Source: Octopus vulgaris
Taxonomy: Eukaryota
DNA length: 64,000 nucleotides
NCBI GenBank assembly: GCA_951406725.2
Contig: OX597814.1
Location: 129,332,001-129,396,000 of the forward strand
Direction: 5' to 3'
In this document: positions 51,202 through 64,000 of the stretch, piece after piece
Layout: each line of letters starts with the position of its first letter
Position numbering within the stretch: the first letter of the stretch is position 1
The notes under the pieces: model-generated
Told to the model about the DNA's origin: nothing
What the model saw: only the letters and a program-made list of their open reading frames with translations
Database searches by the model: none
Made by a program: the position numbers and the translations under genes

Positions 51202-53926
51202 AAAGTCCTTGTTGCTATTACCATTAAATGTCTAAACATCTGGTTTATCTTCAATATTTTTCAAGTGTATGTCATTGTTTCATAGTCACAGATGAGAAAA
51301 CAAGTCATAACAAGAAACAAAAAATAATGTTTGGAAATAAAATGAAACAAATAATTATGAAGTCTATGAAAGACAGACAGCAGTATACAAGTTGCCTGGA
51401 GAACGTATGAAGATCTGCTAGTGTCTTTGTGGAGGAAAATAAATAGTGGATTGGGAATATTTGTTTACAATATTGTTATCCATCCTTGCCACCCACAGTC
51501 TAAGTCAAGGGTGGTGGGGACAGAATGTGATATGTGAGTGCTATTTTATAACTGATTGTTATTGATTTTTTTTTTTTTTTCATTTTAACATGTTAATAGA
51601 TTTCAATGATAGATAATGGAATACAAAACTTATGCTAGGAATTTTGTCAACATCTAATTATGAAATAAACCCTTCATTTAACAACTGGCCATAAAATTAG
51701 ATTAAAAAAAAAAACCCAGTTTGTAAAAATTAATGTTTTCTCCATTATTTAGAGAGAAAAAAAAACTATGTAAGCCATCTGATGAAATGTTTGAATATAT
51801 TGCTGACAAAAAAAACACAAATCTGCTAACTTCTTTATATTGGTTCTACTACTTGTTCATTATTCACCATGCATGAAGATTGGGTGTGATTAATGTTCCA
51901 CTCAACATGCATATATCAATCATTCATTCTTTTTTTTTTTTTTTGTTCCTTATTGATATTGTACCAGTCCAACATTGACATAGTGTACAAAAATAACAAG
52001 CACTAATTGTAAACATTTTTGTGAATATGCACCACGTTTTTAGCCAAGTCCACATACCTATCACATTTTTTTCTTTTTTTTAATAATATAACCCATATTG
52101 GGTTTGATAACTCTATAAATTCTGATATATGCATAAAATGTCTGATCTGATTAACTTTTGACAACTTGCCTTTCCCAGCTTACATACCCATTCACTCTTC
52201 TGTTGAGAGCACAGCAATCACTCAACCTACTAAAAATAGCAGCTAAACCTTCCTCAGATCGCACTCTTGCATCTTGGATACAGTAGATGGAGTAGTCCAA
52301 GGTTAACAATAAAAAAAAAAAGGGCCATGATTGGAATGCCTTTGACCCTAGGTCTGCTCGATCAAGGTCAACTTGGAACTAAACAACAACAGTGAACTGA
52401 GTCAAATATGTGTAGATCAAGGACAATAACACAACTGAAAGGTGACAGTGGTGGCCTTTCTAGTTTGATCAATTCTATAAATAATTTTCTGTATGACGCC
52501 AAACTGTGCCCACTCCCACCTTCAGTTTTCTCAACTAAGTAGATACAGATAAGGATTTCAGACCTTATGAAATATATTGTGTGAGGTAAGGTATAGAAAG
52601 ACCTTCTTTTACATACATTTTATGACAGTGCCCCAGGTGAGTAACAGCCAACCAGCTAGCTGGCTGGAACCAAATAAGAGAGAATAAAAGAAAGGAAAAA
52701 TACAGCATGCTCATAATCGAAAGTGGGAAAAGTTGCAGGCAAATGAAATCATTTCATGAAAGAAAATATCTCGTTAGCCACCCTCTTCTATAAAACTTAA
52801 ATCAGACGGATGAGTTAAATGGTTGAGCTACTGAACAACTATTTTTAAAAAGCAAAACCCCTTTATTTTCTACATGTTTTTTTTTTTTAATTATAAAATA
52901 AAATTGTATTAAAATGTATAATTTAGTGATTTGTGCTTGCAGCAATATAGCATAAAAAAGAGGGGGTAATTTTAAGTCTCTCCTTCAATTATGTTAGTCA
53001 ATAAATTCATTAATGTAATTAAGGGGAGAATAAAGGAAGAAAGAAACAAATGACTATTTGGCAATTTTATTGATGCATTTGCCTGGAGATATGAATATCT
53101 AATAGTTGTAAACTCATGAGCATCGTGTATGAACCTTAAAGCACACAAGTTTGTGTCACAGGTTATTTGCACATAAGACTGCATGTATGTAATGCTATAT
53201 GCGCATACACTGTAGTATATATATATTAGTTTAATATATTTAATTTTCTTGTTATCATCAAACCTTCAAATTTTTCACACAGCAACGATTATGCAGTAAT
53301 AACGATGACTGTATAACCATTGTTATAATTTTTTTTTTTTTTTTAAATACCCAACTTATTTTGTTTATTATTTGACATTAAATTTTGTTTTGTTTGATAA
53401 TTTCTAAAATCGTTACAGGCCAATGAACAAATATTGTATGCGCAACAAACTTTAAAAAAATTTTTTTAAATGGGCAGGTGAGGGTGGGGGGAAGCAGGTA
53501 AATTATACGTTGAGATATACAAAATACATTAAAAGAACAGTAACAACAGTACTGTTTGTTGATGGCCTATTGTTTTATGAACAGGTTTAAATGTTAAGTA
53601 ACTCAACAGATTTAAACTGTTCATCGGAAGTGACAACCGAAATAAAAAGGATGAGCAGCAGTGGAAAGGAGGAAGCTGTAGAGGAGAGATGTCCAGGGCA
53701 CTAAAAAATATCACAGTAATATGATTTTGTTTTGTTTTGGTCTCCTCTTTTCCATTCTCTCTTTCTCACTCCTCTTCAATGAAACTGTCCCTTCAATAAA
53801 CTTTTCACCGTTTACTCATGTTTTATATCACTGTAGCAGAACTAAGATAGAAAGATATATATATCTATCCAACCTTAGAGTGCTAAATTAAAAAAAAAAT
53901 AATAATAATTAAAAAAAAAAACTGTT

Positions 53927-54023
53927 TCATTTGTCCTTCTGTTGACATGGAATGCAGCCACTGTGTTCCTTATCCAACTTCTCAATACCACGAGCAAACA
54001 ATTTTACCAGCTGACAATGGACC
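53927..54023 (-). CDS. CERK: Ceramide kinase terminal coding exon
   Basis: atttcag acceptor; (Q)VHCQLVKLFARGIEKLDKEHSGCIPCQQKDK* matches CERK VHCQLVRLFARGIEE; phase matches. Not in the ORF track. Confidence 0.93.
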
Positions 54024-54090
54024 CTGAAATGATTAGACAAAGAAATGGGTCTACATTAGTTCTGAACTGACAACATTTTAATGTAATTTA

Positions 54091-54350
54091 GTTTGGGGAT
54101 TTGGTTTGCAAGATTCTTTATTTGAGTTTGTGTGTTGAAGCATATTCTGTTGTGTCTGGGGAGAGTCATTTTCATTTTTGTGCCTTACACACTCACCGGT
54201 AAAATTTCCACTTTTTTCTTATTTTTATTTTCCTAAAATTTTCGTTGCATCTTGCAACATTTTCAATAGTTTCAATAGTTTTGAGAGTCAAAACATGTGT
54301 TATATTGTAAGGCACAAAAAGAAAATAACTCTCTCCAGACACAACAGAAT
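54091..54350. mobile_element. Palindromic MITE-like repeat, copy 2, close to the CERK last-exon acceptor
   Basis: Same arms and core as 11192-11483; attttaatgtaa occurs on both flanks. Confidence 0.8.
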
Positions 54351-55830
54351 TTTAATGTAAATTATATCAAAAACAATAAGCACCAGCTTGAGACAAACTG
54401 CCTAATAGAAACATGGTTCAATTTCCATCAGTGAATGTGCTATGATCTTCTCTGAAATTGGTGAAACACTAATATTTAACCCTTTCGTTACCAACCCAGC
54501 TGAAACCGGCTCTGGCTCTGTAGTACAACTGTCTTGTTTTCATTAGTTTTGAACGAAAATCTTTCACCAACGCTTAGTCACAATGTTCTGAACACTAGCT
54601 TAATGATAAAGTTATTTTACTAAATTCTTTGTTGTATTTAAAATTAACTGAAAGACACACACAGCATCTCAAAATAAATACAGTAACAAAAGGGAAAGTA
54701 AGACAGGAAAGAGTATCCATCATCATTATTTACTGCCTGTTTTCCATGCTGGCATGGGTTAGACAGTTTGACTGAGACTGTTAAGCTGGAGAACTGTACC
54801 AAGCTTCAACTTGATGTGGCTGGCTTTCTATGGCTGGATACGCTTCCTAATGATAACCACTCCAAGACTGAAATGGGTGCCTTGTACATGTCACTGACCA
54901 CTACTACAAGTTCACTTGAAAGGTCTTGATCCCTTGTCATATTAAAGTATCTATATATCTCATTCTGTAAAAAACCCCTTCAGTCATTAACAACCATGGA
55001 ATTGCACTTAGAAAGCTCCTCTCCGAGGCACAAGTCCAGGCAAGGTTGTTTATAGAAGACTAACAGTCGCCCATGCATACCAGCCTCCCCTCTTCACACC
55101 ACCAATGTTATCCATAGGAAAGGCAAAGACCAATACAGTTTGGCACCAGTGAATTGGCAACCCATTTCAATAGCTGAGTGAACTGGAGCATCATGAAATA
55201 AAGTTTCTTGCTCAAGAACATGACACATAACCCAGTCCAGGAACTGAACTCACTACCTCATAGTTGTGAGCCCAATGCTCCAATCACTGAGCCATGTGCC
55301 TTCACACCTCCCTTTCTGTGTAGTAGGTAAATCTCAAAAAAGGCATCAATCTTTAACTGTCTCGTTTACCATTGCCTTGTTGATTCTGTTCTCTGCAATA
55401 TTTCTCTTTTACTTGCTTCATTCATTGGACTGCAGCCATGCTGGGACATCACTAACAAGGGTTTTGGTCAAACAGCTCAACACCTGGACTGACTTTTTAA
55501 GCATAGCACTAATTCTATCAGTCTCTTTTGCTGAACCACTAAGTAACAGGAATATATACAAACAAATACCTGTTGTCAAGTGATAGAAACAGACACTAAC
55601 ACACCGCATATACATGAAGGGCTTCAGTATAGTTTTTGGTTACCAAATTCACTCACAAGGAATTGGTGAGCCTGGGGCTCTAGTAGAAGGCACCTGCCCA
55701 AGGTGCTGTGCAAGGGGATTGAACCTGAATTAACTTTTTGTATTTTGGTGTTATTCTCAGTTGAGATTTTAACAATAAAAATGAGAATTTGGCTTACTAC
55801 AATATTTGCAAATCATCAAGATTTTTTTAT

Positions 55831-55919
55831 CAGCCAGGTTCACTGGTGTAATGGGTAGTACACTTGGCTGCGTAAGCAAAGAAGTGTGAGATCGAATCCC
55901 ACGCGTACGGATAACCTAC
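55831..55919 (+). pseudogene. Short tRNA-like sequence (tRNA pseudogene or minimal SINE)
   Basis: Box A tggtgtaatgg, D-like stem gtgta/tacac, T-like arm gtgag-atcgaat-cccac; acceptor stem does not close; flanked by attttttat-like repeats. Confidence 0.5.
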
Positions 55920-56304
55920 ATTTTTTATAGGCGCAGGAGCGGCTGTGTGGTAAGTAGCTTGCTTAACAGCCACATGGTTCCAGGTTCAGCCCCACTGCGT
56001 GGCACTTTGGGCAAGTGTCTTCTACTATAGCCTTGGGCTGACGAAAGCCTTGTGAGTGGATTTGGTAGACGGAAACTGAAAGAAGCCTGTCATATAAATG
56101 TGTGTTTGTCCCCTCCCTATAACCTAGCGGTTCGACAAGAGAGACCGATAGACTAAGTACTAGGCTTACAAAGAATAAGTCCTGGGGTCAATTTGCTCGA
56201 CTAAAGGTGGTACTCCAGCATGGCCGCAGTCAAATGACTGAAACAGTTAAAAGAGTATGAGTTAAGGGAGTGAAAAAAGTACAAAATATATGTGAATTTC
56301 TTAC

Positions 56305-56495
56305 TGGACATGGACACTTGGAGAGCCAATGACTTCACCATCACAGTTCCAGACACTGTTATGCGATGACTTGGAGTTTGACCGAAATAGTTGTTGCCGA
56401 CAGTTTACTTCACCAGCCTCTAACTCAAATTCATCTTCAAGTGGACGGAACTGAAACTCTTTGACTCGATGGACTTGAACAAAATCAAAGTCAAA
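56305..56495 (-). CDS. CERK: Ceramide kinase penultimate exon
   Basis: FDFDFVQVHRVKEFQF...NSVWNCDGEVIGSPSVHV matches CERK FDFTFVEVYRVKKFQF...SSWNCDGEVL; ttcag and gtaag splice sites; 191 nt, phase 0 to phase 2. Confidence 0.93.
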
Positions 56496-58315
56496 CTGAA
56501 AAGATGACATAAGAAGATTCATCATTAAATACTAAAACACAACTATACCAATAATAATAATCCTTTCTACTAAAAGCACAATGCCTGAAATTCAGGGAGA
56601 GGGGACTAGTTGATTACATTGATTCCAGTGTTTCACTGGTGCTTAATTTATCAACCCTGTAAAGATAAAAGTCAAAGCCGACCTTGGCGGAATTTGAACT
56701 CAGAACATAGTGACGGATGAAATGTGCTAAGCATTTTGTCCATCATGCTAATTATTCTGCTAAACACATAAGACATTGGTATGACTATATTTTTGCTTTT
56801 AAGGGATGAATTAAGGCCTTACACTCTGCCTAATTTAAACACCGTCTTCTGACCCTTGTATTACTTTAGTAATGTTCAGACTCTTGCCCAGCTACTGCTA
56901 ACTACATTTTCCCCTTTAGCACTGCCACTGTCAGAGGCTAAACATAGTAAAGATTTCCTTCTAGCAGCAGTCCATGGCTTGACTCCATAGATAACACCCT
57001 CAAAGGTTACCCTTTCTGCTGATCCATAATCCTGTATCCTCTTCTACAATTCATGACTGATGTATCTCTCCAACAGGCCACCTGAAGTTACTATTGATTT
57101 ACAATTAAGTTACTCGCGATTGACATAGAAGCAAATCATGAGCCCATAGTGACCTTTTACCTTCATGTACCTACTTAAAAAAAAAAAAGAATTCCGCTAC
57201 AAGAAACTTGTCCGGCTTTAGCCCCATCTCTCTTACTTTTATCCCTCATCTCTAAGCATCCTTGGGGTTCATAGTAGTCATGTAAGCAGCATGGCACCCC
57301 CACTAAAGTTTTTAGCATAAAATAAAACCATCTGGCATACTGTAAAATGGCAGGCATTAGGAATGACATACAACCATGGTACAGTCTTTGGGTCCATCAC
57401 ATCCTGTCAAACCATCCAACCCATGCCAGAATGGAACATGGACATATGATGATGATGATGATGATGATGATGACAGTAGTTCACTTTCTATACATCATCA
57501 TCATTTAAGGTTCGCCTTCCATGCTTGCATGGGTTGGACGGTTTGACTGGGGACTGGCAAGCCAGTAGGCTGCACCTGGCTCCAATCTGATCTGGCAATA
57601 TTTCTACAGCTGGATGCCCTTCCTAATGCCAACCACTCTCAGAGTGAAATGGGTGATTTCTACGTGCCACCAGCACAGGAGCCAATCAAGGGGAATCATC
57701 TAACAAACACAGTTTCTTTCAGTTGCTTATACAGTGATGTCTGTTTGAAAGCGTTCTGTTTCTCTGTACTAGCAGACTGTACCACCTCTACTCTGGCAGT
57801 GCATCCACTACACGCTATTCCTGGTCTTCTGTACACACTATTCAATCCTTCCTCACCCAAACAGACATGTTCTGGAATTTCCTTCCTGTCCATGTCCTCT
57901 CAACAGAAAATTAAACAGAACATCAACAACATTGACCTCCCAGACAGGGATGCCTTACAAAAGTAAAGAGTGCTTCCCCTTATATTTATATATGTATATA
58001 CCTATATTCATTTACTTGATTCAGTCATTTGACTGTGGCCATATATCTATATACATCATCATTTAACGTCTGTTTTCCATGCATATGTGTTGGCTGGCCT
58101 GACAGAAGCTGGTAAAACCAGGGGATGCACAAGGCCCCATAGTCTGTTCTGGCTTGTTTTCTACGGCTGGATGTCCTGTCTGTTTAATACCAACCATTTT
58201 ACAGAGTGTACTTGGTGGTTTTAATTGGCACCAGTACAAATGCTTTTTACGTGGCACTGTGGTTTTAGGGCATATCGCTGTCCTCAAGAAGACCCGTCCA
58301 CCACAACAGAATCTA

Positions 58316-58351
<36 letters not shown>

Positions 58352-58437
58352 CAAAAAATATTCAATATCAAAGCAATAGAAAATTTTACAGAATAGCTAG
58401 CAGTTGATATTGCTTGATAAAATACCATTGTCTCTCT

Positions 58438-58492
<55 letters not shown>

Positions 58493-59804
58493 AATTTTAA
58501 AAAATAGTCAACAACGAGTGTCTAAACAAAATTTAGAAAATCATGGTGACAGAGAAAATTTTAAAAGATATAAAACTATATAAAATTACACATGTCACTT
58601 ATCAGCGTAAAAAATAGTAAACTAATTGGTGTTACCTTATTTCATATAGTAAGAATTGAGAGAAACAATGCGACGAAGAAATAACGAGAAACTAATGCAA
58701 CACTGAGGTCTAACAACACTATATCTAGAGTTGTCTCCCTTAAGAGCTGGCAGAATTAAAATATTCTTTTCTACGTTAGGCACAAGGCCCGAAATTTTTG
58801 GGGAGGCTGGGCCAGTCGATTAGATCGACCCCAGTACGCAACTGGTACCTAATTTATCAGTTCCAAAAGGGTGAATAGCGCAGTCGACCTTGCGGAATTT
58901 GAACTCAGAACAGATGAATTAAAATGTTAACTGTCTCTTAATTTCCTGTCTCCTTTTATTATATCTTTTGTCTTCTTTCATTATTATAGCTCTTATTTGT
59001 TTCAGTCATTGGATTGCAGCCATGCTGGGGCATTGCCTTGACGGGTTTTACATGAATAGATCTTACAGAAATCTGGTGCAGGCTTCTGCCTGGCCAGCTC
59101 CTGTTAAACTGTCCCACCCATGCAAGCATGGAGGGTAGACGTTAAATGATGATGATCGTCCCGATTAATTTTTACCTTCTTTTATTTTTAAAGTCTACTA
59201 CTTATTTTATCAGCCTCTTTTGCTAGACTGCTAAGTTACAGGGATGTAAACAAACCATCACCAGTTGCCAAGTGGTGATGAAGTGACACTCACAGACATA
59301 AAGGCATGCAAACACATATATAAATATGTACAGGCCCAGGCGTGGCTGTGTGATGAGAAGTTTGCTTCCCAGCCACATATTTCTGAGTTCATTCTCACTG
59401 CATGACACCTTGGGCAGGTGTCTTCTTTTATAACCTCAAGCTGACCAAAGCTTTGTTAATCGATTTGCTAGACAGAAAGTGAGAGAAGTCCATTGTATAT
59501 ATATCATCATTATCATAATCATCATTTAACGTCCATTTTCCATGCTAGCATGGGTTGGACGGTTCGACCGGGGTCTGGGAAGCCAGGAGGCTGCACCAGG
59601 CTCTAGTCTGATCTAGCAGTGTTTCTACAGTTGGATGCCCTTCCTAATGCCAACCACTCCATGAGTGTAGTGGGTGCATTTTATGTGTCACCGGCATGGA
59701 CGCCAGTCAGGGCGGCACTGGCATCGGCCACATTCGGATGGTGCTTTTTACATGCCACCATCACGGGTATCACAACTACAATTTCCATTTGATTTTTATT
59801 TTGA

Positions 59805-59855
<51 letters not shown>

Positions 59856-59892
59856 TCATCATCATCGTTTAACGATGATGATGATGATGATG

Positions 59893-59929
<37 letters not shown>

Positions 59930-60121
59930 TATATGATTTGGCAAGGTTTCTATGAAGGGCATCCAGCTGTAGAAACCATGTCAAATAACACCAGAACCTG
60001 GTGCACCCCAGCACCCTCGAGCTTACTAGTTTTCAGTCAAACCGTCCAACCCATGCCAGCATGGAAAATGGACATTCAATGATGATGATGATTATGTGTG
60101 TGTATGTATGTATGTATGTAT

Positions 60122-60154
<33 letters not shown>

Positions 60155-61159
60155 AGTATGTATGAATACATACATATGAATGTATCTTTGTATGTCCCCC
60201 ACCACAACAACTGGTGTAGGTGTATTTACATTCCTGTCACTTATCAGTTCAGCAAAAGAGATTAACAGAATAAGTGCCTAGCCTTACAAAAAAGTATGTA
60301 CTGGAGTTGATTCATTCAACTAAGAATTCTTCAAGCCAGTGCTCCAGAATGGCCACAGTTTAATGACTGAAACAAGTAAAAGATAAAGGATAAATTCATT
60401 CACACACACAATGGACTTCCACTTGCTTTCTTATTTCTTTATTTCCCACAAGGGGCTAAACATAGAGGGGACAAACAAGGACAGACAAAGGGATTAAGTC
60501 AATTACATCGACCCCAGTGCATAACTGGTACTTAATTTATTGATAGTGAAAGGATGAAAGGCAAAGTCAACCTTGGTAAAATTTGAACTCAGAACGTAGC
60601 AGCAGATGAAATACCTATTTCTTTACTACCCACAAGGGGCTAAACACGGAGAGGACAAACGGATTAAGTCGATTATATTGACCCCAGTGCATAACTGGTA
60701 CTTATTTAATCGACCCTGAAAGGAGGAAAGGCAAAGTTGACCTCGGCGGAATTTGAACTCAGAACGTAGCCGCTGACAAACTACCGCTAAGCATTTCGAC
60801 AGCATGCTAACGTTTCTGCCAGCTTGCCGTCTTCCACTTGCTTTCTGTCCCACAAATTCCCTCACAAAGCTTCGGTTAGCTGGAGGCTACAGTAGAAGAC
60901 ATTTGCCTAAAGTGTTACACATTGGAATTGAACCCAAAACCATGTGGTTACAAAGAGAGATTCTTAACCACCCAGCCCTTTTGTTTTTTCCTAATTATCT
61001 ATTTAAAAGTCCACCATATTAAATAAAGAAACACCAACTTGATAAAACAGGAGAGACAAAAAAATGTTTCCAATGAAATTAAAAGCCAGTCAATGACTAA
61101 ATAGCTTCAATCTGTGGAGAAGAAAGACCTGATGAAAGAAAGAATCTTAATGCTCTAAC

Positions 61160-61365
61160 CTGGTCTGATTGTCTGTCTCTGCAACGATATAAATGATGCA
61201 AGTAGTTTAGCCGGGAACAACGTTTCACTAGGATTAGGTCGGTACATCCATCTCCCAAATGACAAGCAGGAGACACACCTTCTGGGCTCATGGCACACCG
61301 GCAACTCATGGTAACGGCATTTACACCAATAAAATCTCCGCGGATCGTGTGCCATTTTTCTTTAC
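61160..61365 (-). CDS. CERK: Ceramide kinase internal exon
   Basis: KEKWHTIRGDFIGVNAVTMSCRCAMSPEGVSPACHLGDGCTDLILVKRCSRLNYL...DQ resembles CERK MSCACRRSPRGLSPAAHLGDGSSDLILIRKCSRFNFL; tttag and gttag splice sites; 206 nt. Confidence 0.93.
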
Positions 61366-63294
61366 CTAAAAACAAAACCATAATTTAGAACACCATTTCT
61401 CAAAGATTCAAACACAAATTATCATAATTTGATTGCATACAAGACACAATACCCACCCTCTCCCACAAAAAGGATTTCAAACAAAATTACCTTGGGTTCT
61501 AATTGCAAAGTTAGGCCTATTTTATATGCTTCAGTGCATTGAAAACTTATTTGCATGAATACACGCTGCTGAAATAGGTGTGCATCTAATAAGCTCATGA
61601 ATCTTTTATGCCATTAAATTTGGTAATTATATAAAGGCATGTACTTAGCGGTTAGAGTATTTGGCTCACAATTGGAAGGTTGTGAGTTCAATACCCAGCA
61701 GTGTGTTGTATCCTTGAGCAAAACTCTTTACTTCACGTTGCTCCAGTCCACTCAGCTGGTAAAAATGAGTAGTACCTGTACTTCAAAGGATCAGCCTTGT
61801 CACATTCTGTGTCATACAGAATCTCCCTAAGAACTATATTAAGGTTATGTGTCTGTGGAGTGCTCAGCCACTTGCACGTTAATTTCATGAGCAGGTTGTT
61901 CCATTGACCGGACCAACTGGAACATGCATCGTCATGACCAACAGAGTACCAGTGGGGGTAATTATAGAATTTCAAAGAAAGGTGACAATTAAATGAGAAT
62001 TGCAATGCTTCAACACATACACATGGTGAAGTGGCTGAGTTATTAGAGCATCAGATAAAATGTGTTGTTTTTGTTCTGAGTTTCTGCACTCTGAGTTCAG
62101 ACCCTCTGAAGGTCAACTTTACTGTTCAAACTTTTTAGGTGGATATAAAAAATAACCAATTCAATCAGTGGAACTGTAAGAATATTAGATCAAATATCTT
62201 GTGGTGTTTGTCCCAGATCTTTACCCTAAGTCCCACTCTTAACATGACATATTCAACAGTAGACTTAACCTGTTGCTAGACTGGACACCACAACTAGGCA
62301 CCTTGGGTGTGGCCTTTAGCTGAGCCTAGTCTGTTGCAAGCATTCAGGCCAGGTCACTAGTGGTTTGAAGATAATTTCCTCCTTCTCTCCTCCCAGTCTT
62401 GGAGACCCGGGAAAAGGTCAAGTGCATTGTCTCCCTTCCCGACTTAAACAAACAAAAACCTTAGCTGTAAAAAGATAATATAAGCCAATAGCCATTGGGA
62501 ATAGTAGTAGTGTAAAAATCAGACAAGAATCTTGTTATCATACTGTACTGTGTTCAGTTCCCATTGTTAAACAAACAAAAAGTTGCGTCAGTGTTCTTCC
62601 CCTCAATCTAATCAATAACTGAATTGTCAAGTTTGACACTTTCAGCAAGCAACAGGATGTGCTCTGACAGTTTGACTTCTCCAAATACATTACGTGACAC
62701 ACAAGCAGATAAATACACACATTTCATGCCCTAATACTTTATTGGTTATATGACTTGCAAAGTCTCTAATACTCTCCAGATATAAGTGAACATCAAAGAA
62801 TCTTGTTTCCTTTCCTATAAATCTGAAATCTGATGCTAATATAAAAAAAGGGTAAATCAATTTATGTAGCTTTAATTTTTTTTTTACTTTTATTTATTTT
62901 TCATTTTTCAACAACTTGTTTGGAATTTGTAAGCACTTTCTAAAGTTCATGGAATGATTCTACAAATAACTACAGGTTTAATATACTGTAGGAGTTTGAA
63001 ATTCTACCTAACAGGAAAGCATCAAGATCAAGCAGAAGACACTCCTTCCCTGCCCCCACTTACCCCGCCCCGAGTCAAATGTAATACTTTGATGTGACCT
63101 ACATGAATGTGAGACAGTTAAATGAACATTAATCTGTTCTTGATCTGAGTAGACCCGAGTGACCCAGCAAAAGATCTTTTTTGTTATATTGTAGGGTAGC
63201 TGCGAAAGGCCAGATTGGACCTCAAACAGAACATTTTGAGCCAGATATGGCTGGTTTAAATGGTAAAGTGTTAAAGATTCTGTTGCAAACTTAC

Positions 63295-63359
63295 CAAGAG
63301 AGGAACTTTCTGAAGGATACTGGTGAAGTCTGTCAAGAGCAGCAGCACATACTTGGCAG
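63295..63359 (-). CDS. CERK: Ceramide kinase internal exon (CQVCAAALDRLHQYPSESSSL)
   Basis: tttccag acceptor and G|gtaag donor on -; 65 nt, phase 2 to phase 1; CxxC matches the end of the CERK CxxxCxxC motif; phase fits the next exon. Confidence 0.8.
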
Positions 63360-64000
63360 CTGGAAAACAGATGAAACAAAAATTCAATTTAATTTCAGCA
63401 AAGGGAAATACAAATAAATAATAATAATATAGACACAAAAGTGGTTGAGTGGTAAGGCGGTAAGTAGCTTGCTTACTAACCACATGGTTCCAGGTTCAGT
63501 CCCACTGCATGGCACCTTCAGTCCACCTACATGGCATATATAACCTCAGGCCGACCAAAGCCTTGTGAGTGAATTTTGGTAGATGGAAACTGAAAAGAAG
63601 CCTGTCGTGTGTATATATATATATAGTAATCATTGCCAGAGCAGCTGACTGACTTCCGTGCCAGTGGCACTTAAAAAGCACCATTCAAGAGTGATCGTTA
63701 CCAACGTCGCCTTACTGGCACTTGTGCCGGGGGCACATGAAAAAGTATTCGAGCGAGGTCGTTGCCAGTGCCGCTGGACTGGCTCCTGTGCAGGTGGCAC
63801 ATAAAAAAAGACCATGTGAGCGTGGCCGTTGCCAGTACCGCCTGACTGACCCTCGTGCCGGTGGCACATAAAAGCACCCACTACACTCTCGGAGTGGTTG
63901 GCATTAGGAAGGGCATCCAGCTGTAGAAACTCTGCCAGATCAGATTGGAGCCTGGTGCAGCCATCTGGTTCACCAGTCCTCAGTCAAATCGTCCAACCCA

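Noticed and set aside
58585-58612. ttacacatgtcacttatcagcgtaa, resembling a collapsed hammerhead on -
   Set aside because: The core reads CUGAUAA and stem II plus GAAA are missing; unsupported.
63008-63294. Continuation of the 123-aa minus-strand ORF beyond the CERK exon
   Set aside because: It lies past a canonical gtaag donor and has no CERK similarity; intronic read-through.

Overview
AT-rich, microsatellite- and SINE-dense animal genomic DNA. The repeat families strongly suggest a cephalopod, probably Octopus; this is inferred from repeat content and is not proven. The window holds the 3' ends of two convergent intron-containing genes. On + is a GRIP1/2-like glutamate receptor-interacting PDZ protein: a candidate 30-nt microexon at 5861, exons at 14030, 30511 and 34181, and a terminal exon 36532-36699 completing PDZ7. 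On - is ceramide kinase, with exons 63295-63359, 61160-61365, 56305-56495 and 53927-54023. Splice phases are mutually consistent in both genes. Introns and the ~12.7 kb intergenic gap contain tRNA-derived and RTE-related SINEs, CR1/RTE LINE remnants, a five-unit tandem array of a CR1 3' end, an IR/DR-type Tc1 element, two decayed mariner-type elements, Merlin-, hAT-, piggyBac- and Tigger-type MITEs, and a decayed Penelope-like element. The most notable hidden layer is a set of minimal type I hammerhead ribozyme motifs from at least four different Penelope-like terminal-repeat families. Several are tied to inverted-repeat hairpins, and one family has a shared CCGAUGA (U4C) core. Almost all ORFs in the supplied track are microsatellite or SINE artefacts. 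All homology calls are from recall of motif sequences; no searches were run.
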